Shown: in pieces, positions 1-9,388 of the stretch | Layout: every line of letters starts with the position of its first letter | Position numbering within the stretch: position 1 is the stretch's first letter | DNA from: Myxococcales bacterium | GTDB taxonomy: Bacteria; Myxococcota_A; Polyangia; Polyangiales; DASUME01 | Assembly (NCBI GenBank): GCA_047601445.1 | Contig: JASGJH010000001.1 | Location: forward strand, 5,376,001-5,440,000 | Length of the DNA: 64,000 bases | Direction of reading: 5' to 3' | Position numbers and translations under genes: made by a program | The notes under the pieces: generated by a model | Seen by the model: only the letters and a program-made list of their open reading frames with translations | What the model was told of the DNA's origin: nothing | Databases searched by the model: none

Positions 1-3000
1 GTCCGGGTCGGCGGTGAGCATGCAGGTGCGAAAAGAGAGGTCGGGAAGGGAGGCCACTCGAGCGCACACCCAGCTCAGCGCAGCCTTGACAGCGTCCTGC
101 GCGGCCTGAGCCGGACCCGCGGCGAGGCCGCACTCGAGCTGCACCCTGCGGATGAACGCGCCCTGCTCCACATGACCACCGCGAACGTGACTCGTAGCCG
201 TGGCGATCGCGAGGCGCGCCTCCACAAGACGGCCCTGGCGCAGCTCGACCATGGCCTTCACCGCGAGGGCCGTGGCCTTCTGCCCGGGCGGCGCCCCCTC
301 CGTTAGTAGTATCTCCGACGCAAGGGCGATCGCTCGATCGCAGTCGTCGGACAGAAGGCGCTCACGGGCGAGTCCGACCAGCGCAAAGACACGCAGCTGA
401 ACAGCACCATGTTGCTCGAAAATGCGCAGCGCGGACTCGAGCAACCCGACCGCCTTACTGAGATTCCCGCGTTGCAACCACAACAGCCCTAGAGACTCCA
501 AGCAAAGGCCGACATACGTTGGCATGTCCGCGCGCCGACTGAACTCCATCGCGTCGTTCCAGACCGATTCGCTCTCGTCGTAGGCACCGATATCGCACAA
601 GACAACACCAAGCATCGCCGACGCGTCCGCGCGGTTCCAAGCGAGGCCTGTCCTCTCGGCGCACGCAACCTCTTCTCGCGCGGCGGTCAAAGCTCGGCCC
701 AGATTCCCTTGGTAGAGAGCCACCACACTCTTGCCATAGAAGGCGAGCGCATCGGCGCGGTCGTGCCCGCTGAGGCCGCATGCCTCCAGACGCGCAGCGA
801 GGCGCTCGGCGAGCTCGAGCTTTCCTGCTAGCACGCAGACCCCTGTCATGGATCCCAGGCAACCCACGGCCTCCTGGGCAGTGTGCTTCGCGATTGCGGT
901 GCCTAGGACCGAGTTCGCGAGACCTTCGAGGTCTTCCAATCCTCGTTCCGAGCCAGCCGCTGCCCAGGCCATCGCGGCTCGCCACCAACCCACAGCTCCC
1001 GGCCGGAGCAGGCTGTGGGCGCGCTGGGCCCAATCGATCGACTTGACATAGTTAGCCAGCAAGTAGTTGGACTCCGCGACAAGGGCAGCGAGCTGACCTC
1101 CCAGCTCCCCCGTCGCGCCACAGGCGAAGGCCCGTTCACATAAGCTGATCGCGTCCGCCGTAGAGGACGCATCGAAGGCTCGTTCAGCCGCTTGCTTGTA
1201 CCAAGGTATGGCGCGCTCTGGCGCCCGCGCGCGCTCGAAGTGATCGGCGATGACAGCCGGCTCGCCGAGCCCCAACGTTTCCATAAAGGTAGCTGCTGCG
1301 TGATGATGATGCTGGCAGGCTGACTCGGACAACAGAGCATAGGCGGCCTCGCAGATCAGAGCGTGGCGAAACGCGTAGGCGCCCTCGTCCCCCGCATGAT
1401 GCCGGAACAGCACCTCTTGCTCGAGCAGACGCTCCAGGCATGGCGCGAACGCCGAGGACGACGCGAACGTCCCCAAGAGTGCGCGTAGCGCATCGAGTCG
1501 AAAACTCTCGCCAAGCACGCTGGCCGCACCGACCACCTCCTTGGCCGAGTGTCCCAGGGCATCGAGGCGAGACTGCACGACGCCGAGCACGCTGTCGGGG
1601 ATTCCGCCCTCGAAACCACGTTGGTGGGCGCTTCGCAGGAGCTCCTCGAGGAGGAACGGATTGCCGTCAGCACGCTCGAGCAGGTTCGTCCGCATCGCCT
1701 CATCGATCTCGGTGGGCGCACTCGCGTCGAGCAGCTCCGCGCACGCGCGCCTATCCAGGCGTGGCAGGCGAATTTCCGTGAACTCGCAGCGGGACCAAAG
1801 CGTAGGATGCTGTTCGCGAACCTCCGGACGCGCGAGGGCCAGCACGAAGAACGGCAGGTCCTCCATGCGCCTGATTGCTTTCTCGCACAACTGGATGCTC
1901 TTGAAATCGGACCAGTGGAGGTCCTCCATCACGAGCACGACGGGTGCAGCGCGACACTCGGCTTCGATCCAATCGAGCAGGCTGCCTTGAACGCGATCCG
2001 CCAGGACTTGAGGATCTCGGCGTGCAGCATCGAGTTGCGCGCTAGCCCCCTCGGGAAATGGGGCCGCGGTCAACTCGGCCAGGAACCACTCCACGGAGTC
2101 GACGCGTTCGGGCACCAGGATCCCCGTGAGCCTTCGTCGCAGCTTCGCGCGCTTCTGGGCCGGACTATCGGTCCCTTCGAGCTGCAGCAAGACACGAAGG
2201 GAGGACGCGATCGAAGCAAAGGGCGCCTCCCTCAGGAGGGCATCTCCCGCGGCGTGTAGCAACGTGAGGTCGGGATGAGACTGCCTGAAGGCCTCCACAC
2301 TCTCGAAGCGCAGACGCGACTTACCGGCACCAGCAGGGGCCGTCACGAGCACGGCTCGTCCGCGGCCTGCGTCTGCACAGGCGCGAAAGGACATGCTCAG
2401 CTGGGCGAGTTCGACGTTGCGGCCGACGAAGGGAGTGCGGCGCCCAAACAGGGTACGCGGCACCTCACCACCTCTGACCTCTTCCAGGAGGAGCGCGCGA
2501 TGATCGCGCTCGCCCAGCTTGAAACGCCCACCAAGGTACCCGGCGGTCGTCTCGCACAACGCCACGGTGCCGGGCTCGACCGAATCGATTATCTGCGAAG
2601 CCCGCTCGCAGACATCACCGTACGGCAAGCTGCCGTCGATGGAAGCGCGGCCCGTGCACAACGCCGCGGCCGCCTGGGGCCAGAGCTCACGCACGTGGAG
2701 GGCACATCTCGCAGCGACCAGCGCCTGCTCTGCGGGGGCAGCGTGGTTGTCGAAGATCAGCAGGCTCGTCCCGTTGACCAGGTCGATGCGGCGACCGCCG
2801 TGCGGATCGAACACCTGCGTGGGCTCGTCAGCGCTTCGAGCCTGACCGGGAACGCGAGTCACCGCCTCCATGTGTCCTGCGATCACCATGAGGCACATCA
2901 CGCGCTGCTGGCTGGACGTAGCAAGAGGGCGCGGGGAGCCACCCGTCGCGCCCGCTAGGGCGTCATGAACGCGGGGCTGTTGCCAGGGCACCACCGGCAG

Positions 3001-3855
3001 CGTGGCGGGCCCATTCGGGTGGTCGAGGTCGGCGAGGGCGTGCAGAACAGCCTCGTGCGTCGGCCGCGCCGCCGGATCCTTGGAGAGCATGGCGTGGATC
3101 AGAGACGCCAACCTGCTCGACACCTGGGGCCGCAGCAGCGGGATCCGCACGAAGTCGTCGACACAAATCCTTGCCAGCGTGGCGATCATCGTCCCGCCGT
3201 CGAACGGGCGTGAGCCGGTCAGGCACTCATAGAGAACGCTCCCCAGGGAGAAGATGTCGGAGCTCGATTCGAGGTTCTGCAGTCCTCGCGCCTGTTCGGG
3301 AGACATGTAGAACGGCGTTCCCATGACCACACCGGCCTGCGTGATCGCAGCGTCGCCGGTGGAACGGGCCACACCAAAATCGAGGATCTTCGCCCGCTCG
3401 ACGCGGCCCGCCACCAGGAACAGGTTGGAGGGCTTGATGTCCTTGTGAACGATCCCAGCCCGGGCGATGAACTGCAGGCCCGCGATCGAGGCACGCGCAA
3501 CTTGAGCGACCTCGTCCGCAGAGAGGGGCCCGCGCACCAGCCGCTGCTGCAACGTCTCCCCCTCGAGCCACTCCATCGCAAGGTATGCGCCACTTGCGCA
3601 CCTTCCATGGGCCACGTAGCTCACGATGTGTTCGTGCTCGAGCTTCGCGAGGAGCAACGCTTCCCGCTCGAAGCGGAGCGCGCCTGCAGGCGCGCTCTCC
3701 GAACACACTTTCAGCGCCACTTCGCGCCCGTCGAGCTTGTCGCGGGCCCGAAAAACGCGGGCAAAAGCCCCGGCGCCCACCTCTGCCAGGATGTCGAATC
3801 GCTCGGTCGCGTCGCCCGCTGCAGCGGAACCTATCGAAGTCGGTGGGCCTCGCAT
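1..3855 (-). CDS. Ser/Thr protein kinase fused to AAA/STAND-type ATPase and helical/TPR region (3' end runs off the window)
   Basis: Not in the ORF track because no stop falls in the window. Manual translation from ATG 3855 gives GAGAFARV, VALKV, IVHKDIKPSN, ILDFG, GTPFYMSPEQ, then Walker A APAGAGKS, Walker B VLVMEDLHW and FRHALI..AAY; no stop found in the stretches read (1-1380 and the motif regions). Confidence 0.9.
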   Translation of the reverse strand, partial: MRGPPTSIGSAAAGDATERFDILAEVGAGAFARVFRARDKLDGREVALKVCSESAPAGALRFEREALLLAKLEHEHIVSYVAHGRCASGAYLAMEWLEGETLQQRLVRGPLSADEVAQVARASIAGLQFIARAGIVHKDIKPSNLFLVAGRVERAKILDFGVARSTGDAAITQAGVVMGTPFYMSPEQARGLQNLESSSDIFSLGSVLYECLTGSRPFDGGTMIATLARICVDDFVRIPLLRPQVSSRLASLIHAMLSKDPAARPTHEAVLHALADLDHPNGPATLPVVPWQQPRVHDALAGATGGSPRPLATSSQQRVMCLMVIAGHMEAVTRVPGQARSADEPTQVFDPHGGRRIDLVNGTSLLIFDNHAAPAEQALVAARCALHVRELWPQAAAALCTGRASIDGSLPYGDVCERASQIIDSVEPGTVALCETTAGYLGGRFKLGERDHRALLLEEVRGGEVPRTLFGRRTPFVGRNVELAQLSMSFRACADAGRGRAVLVTAPAGAGKSRLRFESVEAFRQSHPDLTLLHAAGDALLREAPFASIASSLRVLLQLEGTDSPAQKRAKLRRRLTGILVPERVDSVEWFLAELTAAPFPEGASAQLDAARRDPQVLADRVQGSLLDWIEAECRAAPVVLVMEDLHWSDFKSIQLCEKAIRRMEDLPFFVLALARPEVREQHPTLWSRCEFTEIRLPRLDRRACAELLDASAPTEIDEAMRTNLLERADGNPFLLEELLRSAHQRGFEGGIPDSVLGVVQSRLDALGHSAKEVVGAASVLGESFRLDALRALLGTFASSSAFAPCLERLLEQEVLFRHHAGDEGAYAFRHALICEAAYALLSESACQHHHHAAATFMETLGLGEPAVIADHFERARAPERAIPWYKQAAERAFDASSTADAISLCERAFACGATGELGGQLAALVAESNYLLANYVKSIDWAQRAHSLLRPGAVGWWRAAMAWAAAGSERGLEDLEGLANSVLGTAIAKHTAQEAVGCLGSMTGVCVLAGKLELAERLAARLEACGLSGHDRADALAFYGKSVVALYQGNLGRALTAAREEVACAERTGLAWNRADASAMLGVVLCDIGAYDESESVWNDAMEFSRRADMPTYVGLCLESLGLLWLQRGNLSKAVGLLESALRIFEQHGAVQLRVFALVGLARERLLSDDCDRAIALASEILLTEGAPPGQKATALAVKAMVELRQGRLVEARLAIATATSHVRGGHVEQGAFIRRVQLECGLAAGPAQAAQDAVKAALSWVCARVASLPDLSFRTCMLTADPD

Positions 3856-3949
3856 GGTTCTTGAGTGCCCAGGGTAGCCTCGCGCGGCACGGCGGTCACC
3901 CCTCCACCCATGCGGCTGCGTGGGCACGGCTGGCCCAAACTGGCCAGCG

Positions 3950-4255
3950 CTATCCCCGCAGAACCACAGCCAGATAGAAGCCGACGCACAGCCCGATGAG
4001 GGCGGAAGCGACCAAGCCCACAGCCCACCATCGCGGAGGTTTGCCGCGACCCACTACGCCGCTGAGACCCGTGATCAGGAGCCAAGTACCCATCAGGAGC
4101 GGCGGAAAGCCGAAGATGAGCAACAGGCCGGACATGAACCTCGACCCCTCGGTGTCGAAGAGTCCAAAGAACACACTGACCGCACCGATGGCGATCCCAC
4201 GAACACCCGGGTACCGCCGGATGTCCAATCGATCTCGAAGACGCTCGAACACCAT
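3950..4255 (-). CDS. small membrane protein (about 3 TM helices), hypothetical
   Basis: Three hydrophobic segments; GGAGG next to the ATG/GTG start near 4255. Confidence 0.6.
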   Translation of the reverse strand: MVFERLRDRLDIRRYPGVRGIAIGAVSVFFGLFDTEGSRFMSGLLLIFGFPPLLMGTWLLITGLSGVVGRGKPPRWWAVGLVASALIGLCVGFYLAVVLRG

Positions 4256-4369
4256 TCCTCCTGATCTTCGACTGACGTTTCGCATCACCCCGATCGACAG
4301 CGTCCCGCTCTCCGACACGCTCATCTAGCCGTTGACGCCCTCGACTACCTCGATCGACAGTACTCCACC

Positions 4370-4576
4370 ATGACCTGGATCCTCTTGTTTGGTGGAGCGT
4401 TCTCCTGCGCCGGCGCTGCCTTCGACTGGGACTTCTTCATGAACAGCCGGCGGGCTCGCTTCTTCGTGAACATGATGGGCCGCAAGGGTGCGCGCATCCT
4501 CTACGGCGTGCTCGGTCTGTTCCTCGTGACGATGGGGGCGCTGCAGCTGGCAGGAGTGTTGCCTTCGCACCGATGA
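4370..4576 (+). CDS. Immunity protein 17 (Imm17)-like small membrane protein
   Basis: 68 aa; GAAFDWDFFMNSRRARFFVNMMGRKGARILYGVLG matches the Imm17 pattern (W..F..., GR..AR..Y). Confidence 0.75.
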   Translation: MTWILLFGGAFSCAGAAFDWDFFMNSRRARFFVNMMGRKGARILYGVLGLFLVTMGALQLAGVLPSHR

Positions 4577-4642
4577 GTGACTGGCGTCGGTAGTCCCGTG
4601 TGGGCCTGGCGCGAAGCCCGTGATGACGTACATCGCGAGCGC

Positions 4643-5920
4643 ATGCGTGTCCTGGTAGCCGCCCTCGTGCTCGTGCTCGCGTGGCCCGCGCTGGGCCGAG
4701 CCCACGGTGTACCGGCGGCGGTCACGGGCGTGATCGCGGAAGACGAGCAAGGTCCCTGGCTCGTGCGGCTCACCGAAGGTCTCGCGAGGCGTGGCGAGGC
4801 CGGCTGGGAGTTCGTGTGCCCTGCGCTGTTCGGTGGGTATGCCACGTTGCTCGCTGCGTCCGCGCGCAACGAATACGCCTTCGTGGTGGGTAGCGGAGGA
4901 AGCTATCGCCTGTATCGCGATGGCTTGCCCGAGCTGGTCAGCGCGACGCGCACGGCGTTCACGCTGCGTGCCGTGGGCGCGATGGGCGAGCGCATCGTGG
5001 CGCTCGAAGTGGCCGAGGTGGGCACGGCACTCGTGGACGTGGACAGCGCGCAAGGCCCGGACGCGGTCGTGCCGCTGTGGATGGACGAAAAGCGCTGGGA
5101 TGCCCTGGGCACGGACGGCAGCACGCTGTGGATCCTGCGCGTGGTGGGCTCGGTGCTCGAGGTGGCCACGCTCTCGAGTGACTTCGTGGAGCAAGGGAGA
5201 GTGCCGTACCCGCTCAGCGCGCCCGTGGTGTTGGCGGAAGTGCGGCCGAGTCCGGGCGCGCTCTATGCGCATGTGATGCGCACGGAGGCCGACGCGGATC
5301 TGGTCGAGCTCACGCCGAGTGGGGCTCGCCTGGTGGTACAGGCCTATGGGCCCATTCAAGGCCCCTTGAGTCGCCCGCAAGGTGCGCTTTGGATCTCCGC
5401 GGCCGGCGAACTACGAGCGATCGACGCACTGGAAGCCGTGCTGCCCGTATTCTCTCAGCCAGTGACGTGCCTCGAGCCCGGCCGCCTCGCACCGTACTTG
5501 TGCACCAGCCGCTACGTGCTGGGTCTGGACGCACTGGAGGAGCGCGATGCGCGCTTCGATCTGGGGCGCTTGCTCGAACCGAACGTGCAGCCCGTGGATT
5601 TGCAGCAGGCCAAGTGGTGTGTGGACCAATGGCAGACCTTCGAGCGCGACTTGCGCGATGCCCACTTGCGGACCGGCTTCGAGCTCGACGCGGGTGCACC
5701 GCGCGAACAGGACGCCGGGCTGCCCGACGCCTCCGCAGAGCCCATGCATCGACCCGAGAGCCCCTCCAGCTGCACCCTCGCACACGGAGCGCGCGCGAGC
5801 GGCGTGTGGAGTGGGCTGTTGCTCGGCTTGCTTGCCTGGGCGTTGCAGCGACGTCAGAGGTTGTTGGGCATGGCGGAGATCGCGCGCAGCCGACCGGTGG
5901 CGCCGCGCGGCGCGAGGTAG
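4643..5920 (+). CDS. secreted protein with MYXO-CTERM-like C-terminal sorting signal
   Basis: Signal peptide MRVLVAALVLVLAWPALGRA-HG; W.FVCPALFG motif; C-terminal SSC...GLLLGLLAWALQRRQR (Cys, TM helix, Arg cluster). Confidence 0.7.
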   Translation: MRVLVAALVLVLAWPALGRAHGVPAAVTGVIAEDEQGPWLVRLTEGLARRGEAGWEFVCPALFGGYATLLAASARNEYAFVVGSGGSYRLYRDGLPELVSATRTAFTLRAVGAMGERIVALEVAEVGTALVDVDSAQGPDAVVPLWMDEKRWDALGTDGSTLWILRVVGSVLEVATLSSDFVEQGRVPYPLSAPVVLAEVRPSPGALYAHVMRTEADADLVELTPSGARLVVQAYGPIQGPLSRPQGALWISAAGELRAIDALEAVLPVFSQPVTCLEPGRLAPYLCTSRYVLGLDALEERDARFDLGRLLEPNVQPVDLQQAKWCVDQWQTFERDLRDAHLRTGFELDAGAPREQDAGLPDASAEPMHRPESPSSCTLAHGARASGVWSGLLLGLLAWALQRRQRLLGMAEIARSRPVAPRGAR

Positions 5921-7440
5921 AGCGGCAACGAGAACACGAACTGCCGGCCGCCACCCTCGTTGGTGAAGTCCAGCACGCCCTGCTTGAACTTGGCGTAGGA
6001 GTCGAGATTGCTGTCGTCGAGGGCGGTGACCACGCTCAGCTCATTCACGTCGGGCACCAGCGTGCCGAGCGTGGCGTGCGTGACCTCCGGGAACACGAAC
6101 GACGTGATGCCGGGCGGTATCACCACGGTCCACTCGAAGCTGGCCGTGCCGTTCCACCTGAAGGTCACGAACTGGGCGTCGGCATCGGTGAGCGGCGCGT
6201 CGTTGGCGTAGGTCCAGCTGACCTGGATGTGGCCGTCGACGTCGGTGACCTCGTAGTTGTCGAGGCGCTCGATGTCCTGGAGGTCCACGTTGCGCGAGAA
6301 CACCGGGTTCGCGTCGCTGCTGTGCGGCGTGGCCACGCGGTCAACCTGGTCGTAGAGGGCCATAGGGCCCGTGAAGCTCTCGAGATGGGCCACCACGTCG
6401 AGGCTTTCGGCAAAGTCCGAGTTGATGTGGAAGCGGCGCTGCCCGTCGAGGAAGATGTCGGGAGCCCCGTCGCTGTAGGCCTCCTCCTCTGCAACGAAGG
6501 AGATGCCGTCGCCGAGCATGCTCAAGCCCACGCTGCCGGAGTTGGTGTCCGCTGGCCAGTTCTGGATGCCCACCGAGTAGAACGTATCCGGCGACAACTG
6601 AAGGGGCGCAGACACCGGGCTGTCCATACCCGCCGCGGCCAGATGCTTGGCGAACAGGTACTGGACGAACTTGTTGCCGCCGTCGCGGCCGTACACGAGC
6701 ATCGGGTTGAAGAAGCGCATGGTGTCGGGAGTGACGTGGAGCGTCACGGGCTGGGATAGGTCGTCTGGGTCAAGGGTCCCCACGTTCACGTCCAGGCCGA
6801 AGTGCACTTCGAAGCGTGTGGCAGTCAGCTTCACGGTGTCGGGGAACTCCAGCGAGTAGGCGCGCTGATCGTCGGCAAAGTCGGTCATGTCGGGCACGCG
6901 CACCGTCAGCGCGTCGCTATTCTCGGTGCCGAGGTAGGTCACGAGGCGCACGAAGTTGCTGCGGGTAAGGGCACTATCGTCGATCACGGTGACCGCAGCG
7001 GGGGCGGTGGCGGCGAACACGTAGCCCTGGGCGCTGGTCGGATGGAGGGTGGCGTCGGTGGAACCGTCGGCGTTGTGGAAGGCCACGCTCAAGCCCGGCA
7101 CCGGCAGGCGCTCGGTGACGACGCGCAAGCTGAAGTTGCCGGCCGGCGTCGAGCCATCACCGGCATCGCTCGTGTCGCCCGCATCGTTCGAGTCGCCATC
7201 GCCGTCCCCGGGATTGCTCGCGTCCATGGGCTCGCTGCCCGAGTCCTCCGGCTGGCCTGCATCGCTCCCGGTGCCTGAGTCGTGCGGTACGGAGCCGTCC
7301 TCCATCGCGGCGTCACCGCCGATATCCCCGCCGCCGTCGAGCTCGGTCGAGCCCAGATCATCCTCGTCGTTGCCCGAGCAACCCGCAGCGATCATTGCGA
7401 ATCCCAGAAACAACCCTAGCTTCGAGCGCTGCACCTTCAT
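5854..7440 (-). CDS. large lipoprotein with D/G-rich linker and beta-rich body, hypothetical
   Basis: MKVQRSKLGLFLGFAMIAAG-C lipobox; DAG/DSG/GDGDGD linker; strong GC3 bias. Confidence 0.8.
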   Translation of the reverse strand: MKVQRSKLGLFLGFAMIAAGCSGNDEDDLGSTELDGGGDIGGDAAMEDGSVPHDSGTGSDAGQPEDSGSEPMDASNPGDGDGDSNDAGDTSDAGDGSTPAGNFSLRVVTERLPVPGLSVAFHNADGSTDATLHPTSAQGYVFAATAPAAVTVIDDSALTRSNFVRLVTYLGTENSDALTVRVPDMTDFADDQRAYSLEFPDTVKLTATRFEVHFGLDVNVGTLDPDDLSQPVTLHVTPDTMRFFNPMLVYGRDGGNKFVQYLFAKHLAAAGMDSPVSAPLQLSPDTFYSVGIQNWPADTNSGSVGLSMLGDGISFVAEEEAYSDGAPDIFLDGQRRFHINSDFAESLDVVAHLESFTGPMALYDQVDRVATPHSSDANPVFSRNVDLQDIERLDNYEVTDVDGHIQVSWTYANDAPLTDADAQFVTFRWNGTASFEWTVVIPPGITSFVFPEVTHATLGTLVPDVNELSVVTALDDSNLDSYAKFKQGVLDFTNEGGGRQFVFSLPLYLAPRGATGRLRAISAMPNNL

Positions 7441-7544
7441 GGTCCCCCTGCTTGCCGGGCGCGCCGCTACCTCGCGCGCCCGCGATTGCCGCCCCAGGTT
7501 ACGGAGCAAGGCGCGCATGTCTGCCCTGACGTGCTGACTTGGAG

Positions 7545-8885
7545 CTACGGACAGTGCGCTGGGTCGGTCACGGACCAGCTGGGGAGCTCCGTGCCGCTCA
7601 CTGCACGGACATCGAGCTCGGTGCCAAAACGCCACACATTCAGGGCTAGCTCATGCTGGTTTTCGAGGGCCTGTGCGATGGCCTCGGCGGTGGCTTCATC
7701 GTCGAAGCGCATGCGCCAGGAAACGGCGGTCTGTCCGGTGGGACCCGCGAAGATCTCCACGCGGTCCTGGCGCCACGCCAACGCGCGCTCCCACGAGAGC
7801 TCGCTCTCCACGAGTTGGTTCATCACGAGGTTGTGGCTCAGGAACCCGTACAACACGAAGGCCCCGAACACGTCGCTACGCACGCGCTCGTAACCCTCGG
7901 GTGTGGCGCCGTCGATGCACGCGAGCGGCAGGCTCAGGGGCTCCTCGCGTTCCTGGGCCGCGCGGTATCCCAACATCCACTGCAGGGTCGAGGCCGGGGT
8001 CGCGTCGTACAGCCGTGCCACTTCCGACACGCCACCCTCCAACCAGGCATCGGTCACGAACTGCGCGCCCACGCCGTAGCGCAGGAGCCAGCTGGCGTCG
8101 TAGGGAGAGTCGGCGAGCGCTACTGCGTCGCGGTTGTACTTGGTGCGCCGCTCGAACACGCGCTGGAAGTACTGGCGATCGACGGGGAGTCCGCGCAACA
8201 GCCCCCAGGAGAGCTCCTCGTAGAGCACGGCCTCGCCCTCGGTCAGGCACCCCATGGCCAGGCTCGCGTCGGTGGTTCCGGTGCGACCGCGGCGCGCCTC
8301 CGTGAGCCCAATCTCCTGATCTTGCAAAGCGTGCACGAACTCGTGGGCCAACGTGCGCTGCTTGTCGGGACTGTCTTGGGGCTCGCCGCGATCGACCAAG
8401 GTAATGCTACGCATGGACGAGTCGTAGTAGCCGCCTAAGAAGTCGACCTCATCCATGCTGGGTTCCGCGACTTGCAAGCCCAACATGGCCAACGCGCGGT
8501 TCCAGTGGTCCTCGAGCGAAGGCTCTGAAGGTGCACCGGCATCACCAGCGTCCGGGCCGGCGTCTTGGAGCACCTCGGGAAGCTCTTGCATGGAGTTCGC
8601 CATGGCCTCGGCGCGCAACTGGTCTTCGCTGGTGAGGCGCACGTTCGGCAGCTGGCCTTTGACCCCGCGTACGCAGCGCACGGCCTTGAACAGGCGCTCG
8701 CGACAGCTGGGCCGAAGGATGTCGCAGTCGTCGCCCTCGAGCTCGACGCACCACTTCGGGCAGGCGTCGCCGTCGCAAGCCTGAACCTCGGGCTGAGACG
8801 CGTCGCAGGCCGTCCATGACGTGAGAGCCAGACTGCCCACGGTCGTCAGGGCGAACATGCGTACCAAACGGCCGAGCGCGCTCAC
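7545..8885 (-). CDS. lipoprotein with HExxH zinc-metallopeptidase motif
   Basis: GGYYD...TLAHEFVHALQDQ...EGEA; lipobox-like WTA-C; GTG start overlaps the stop of the upstream gene (GTGA at 8882-8885). Confidence 0.8.
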   Translation of the reverse strand: MSALGRLVRMFALTTVGSLALTSWTACDASQPEVQACDGDACPKWCVELEGDDCDILRPSCRERLFKAVRCVRGVKGQLPNVRLTSEDQLRAEAMANSMQELPEVLQDAGPDAGDAGAPSEPSLEDHWNRALAMLGLQVAEPSMDEVDFLGGYYDSSMRSITLVDRGEPQDSPDKQRTLAHEFVHALQDQEIGLTEARRGRTGTTDASLAMGCLTEGEAVLYEELSWGLLRGLPVDRQYFQRVFERRTKYNRDAVALADSPYDASWLLRYGVGAQFVTDAWLEGGVSEVARLYDATPASTLQWMLGYRAAQEREEPLSLPLACIDGATPEGYERVRSDVFGAFVLYGFLSHNLVMNQLVESELSWERALAWRQDRVEIFAGPTGQTAVSWRMRFDDEATAEAIAQALENQHELALNVWRFGTELDVRAVSGTELPSWSVTDPAHCP

Positions 8886-9388
8886 TGGCAACCCTCCTCG
8901 TCGCTCCCATCGACGCAATGGACATAGTCGTCGCAGCGTGCTGTGGCGCGGACCCGCTGACCGTCGCGACAGCTGTAGTACTGACAAGCGCCGCCTTCGT
9001 CGGACCCATCGGCGCAGTCGGCGACGCCATCACAGCGCCAGAGAGAATCGATCTCGCGGCCGTCGCTGCAGCGGAAGAACTCTTCGCACTTCTCCAGGCA
9101 GCGGCTCAGCGACGCGGGATAGGGTGCGCCTTGATCGATCGCCGCATACTGGTCACAGGGAAGCCTCGAGAAACAGTCCACGTTGCATGCCCCACCGGGA
9201 CTTTCGCAGGGGTCGTTCCGGAAGACTCGATTGCATGACTGGATGGTCCGCACGTCGTCCTGACATGCCTGGTCGTCGGCACGGCATCCCGGGAGACAAC
9301 CGAACACGATCGACGCGGCCACGGCCGACACACGCGGGGAGAGAGCGCCTGACGACGGCATGGGCGGGTTCGTAGCAGAATCGCCCAT
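8882..9388 (-). CDS. Cys-rich lipoprotein with two LDL-receptor class A repeats
   Basis: FRCSDGREIDSLWRCDGVADCADGSDE and YSCRDGQRVRATARCDDYVHCVDGSDEEGC match LDLa CDxxxDCxDGSDE; lipobox LPG-C. Confidence 0.85.
   Translation of the reverse strand: MGDSATNPPMPSSGALSPRVSAVAASIVFGCLPGCRADDQACQDDVRTIQSCNRVFRNDPCESPGGACNVDCFSRLPCDQYAAIDQGAPYPASLSRCLEKCEEFFRCSDGREIDSLWRCDGVADCADGSDEGGACQYYSCRDGQRVRATARCDDYVHCVDGSDEEGCQ

Noticed and set aside
200..3977. Many short ORFs on both strands
   Set aside because: Shadows of the single long minus-strand kinase ORF missing from the track.
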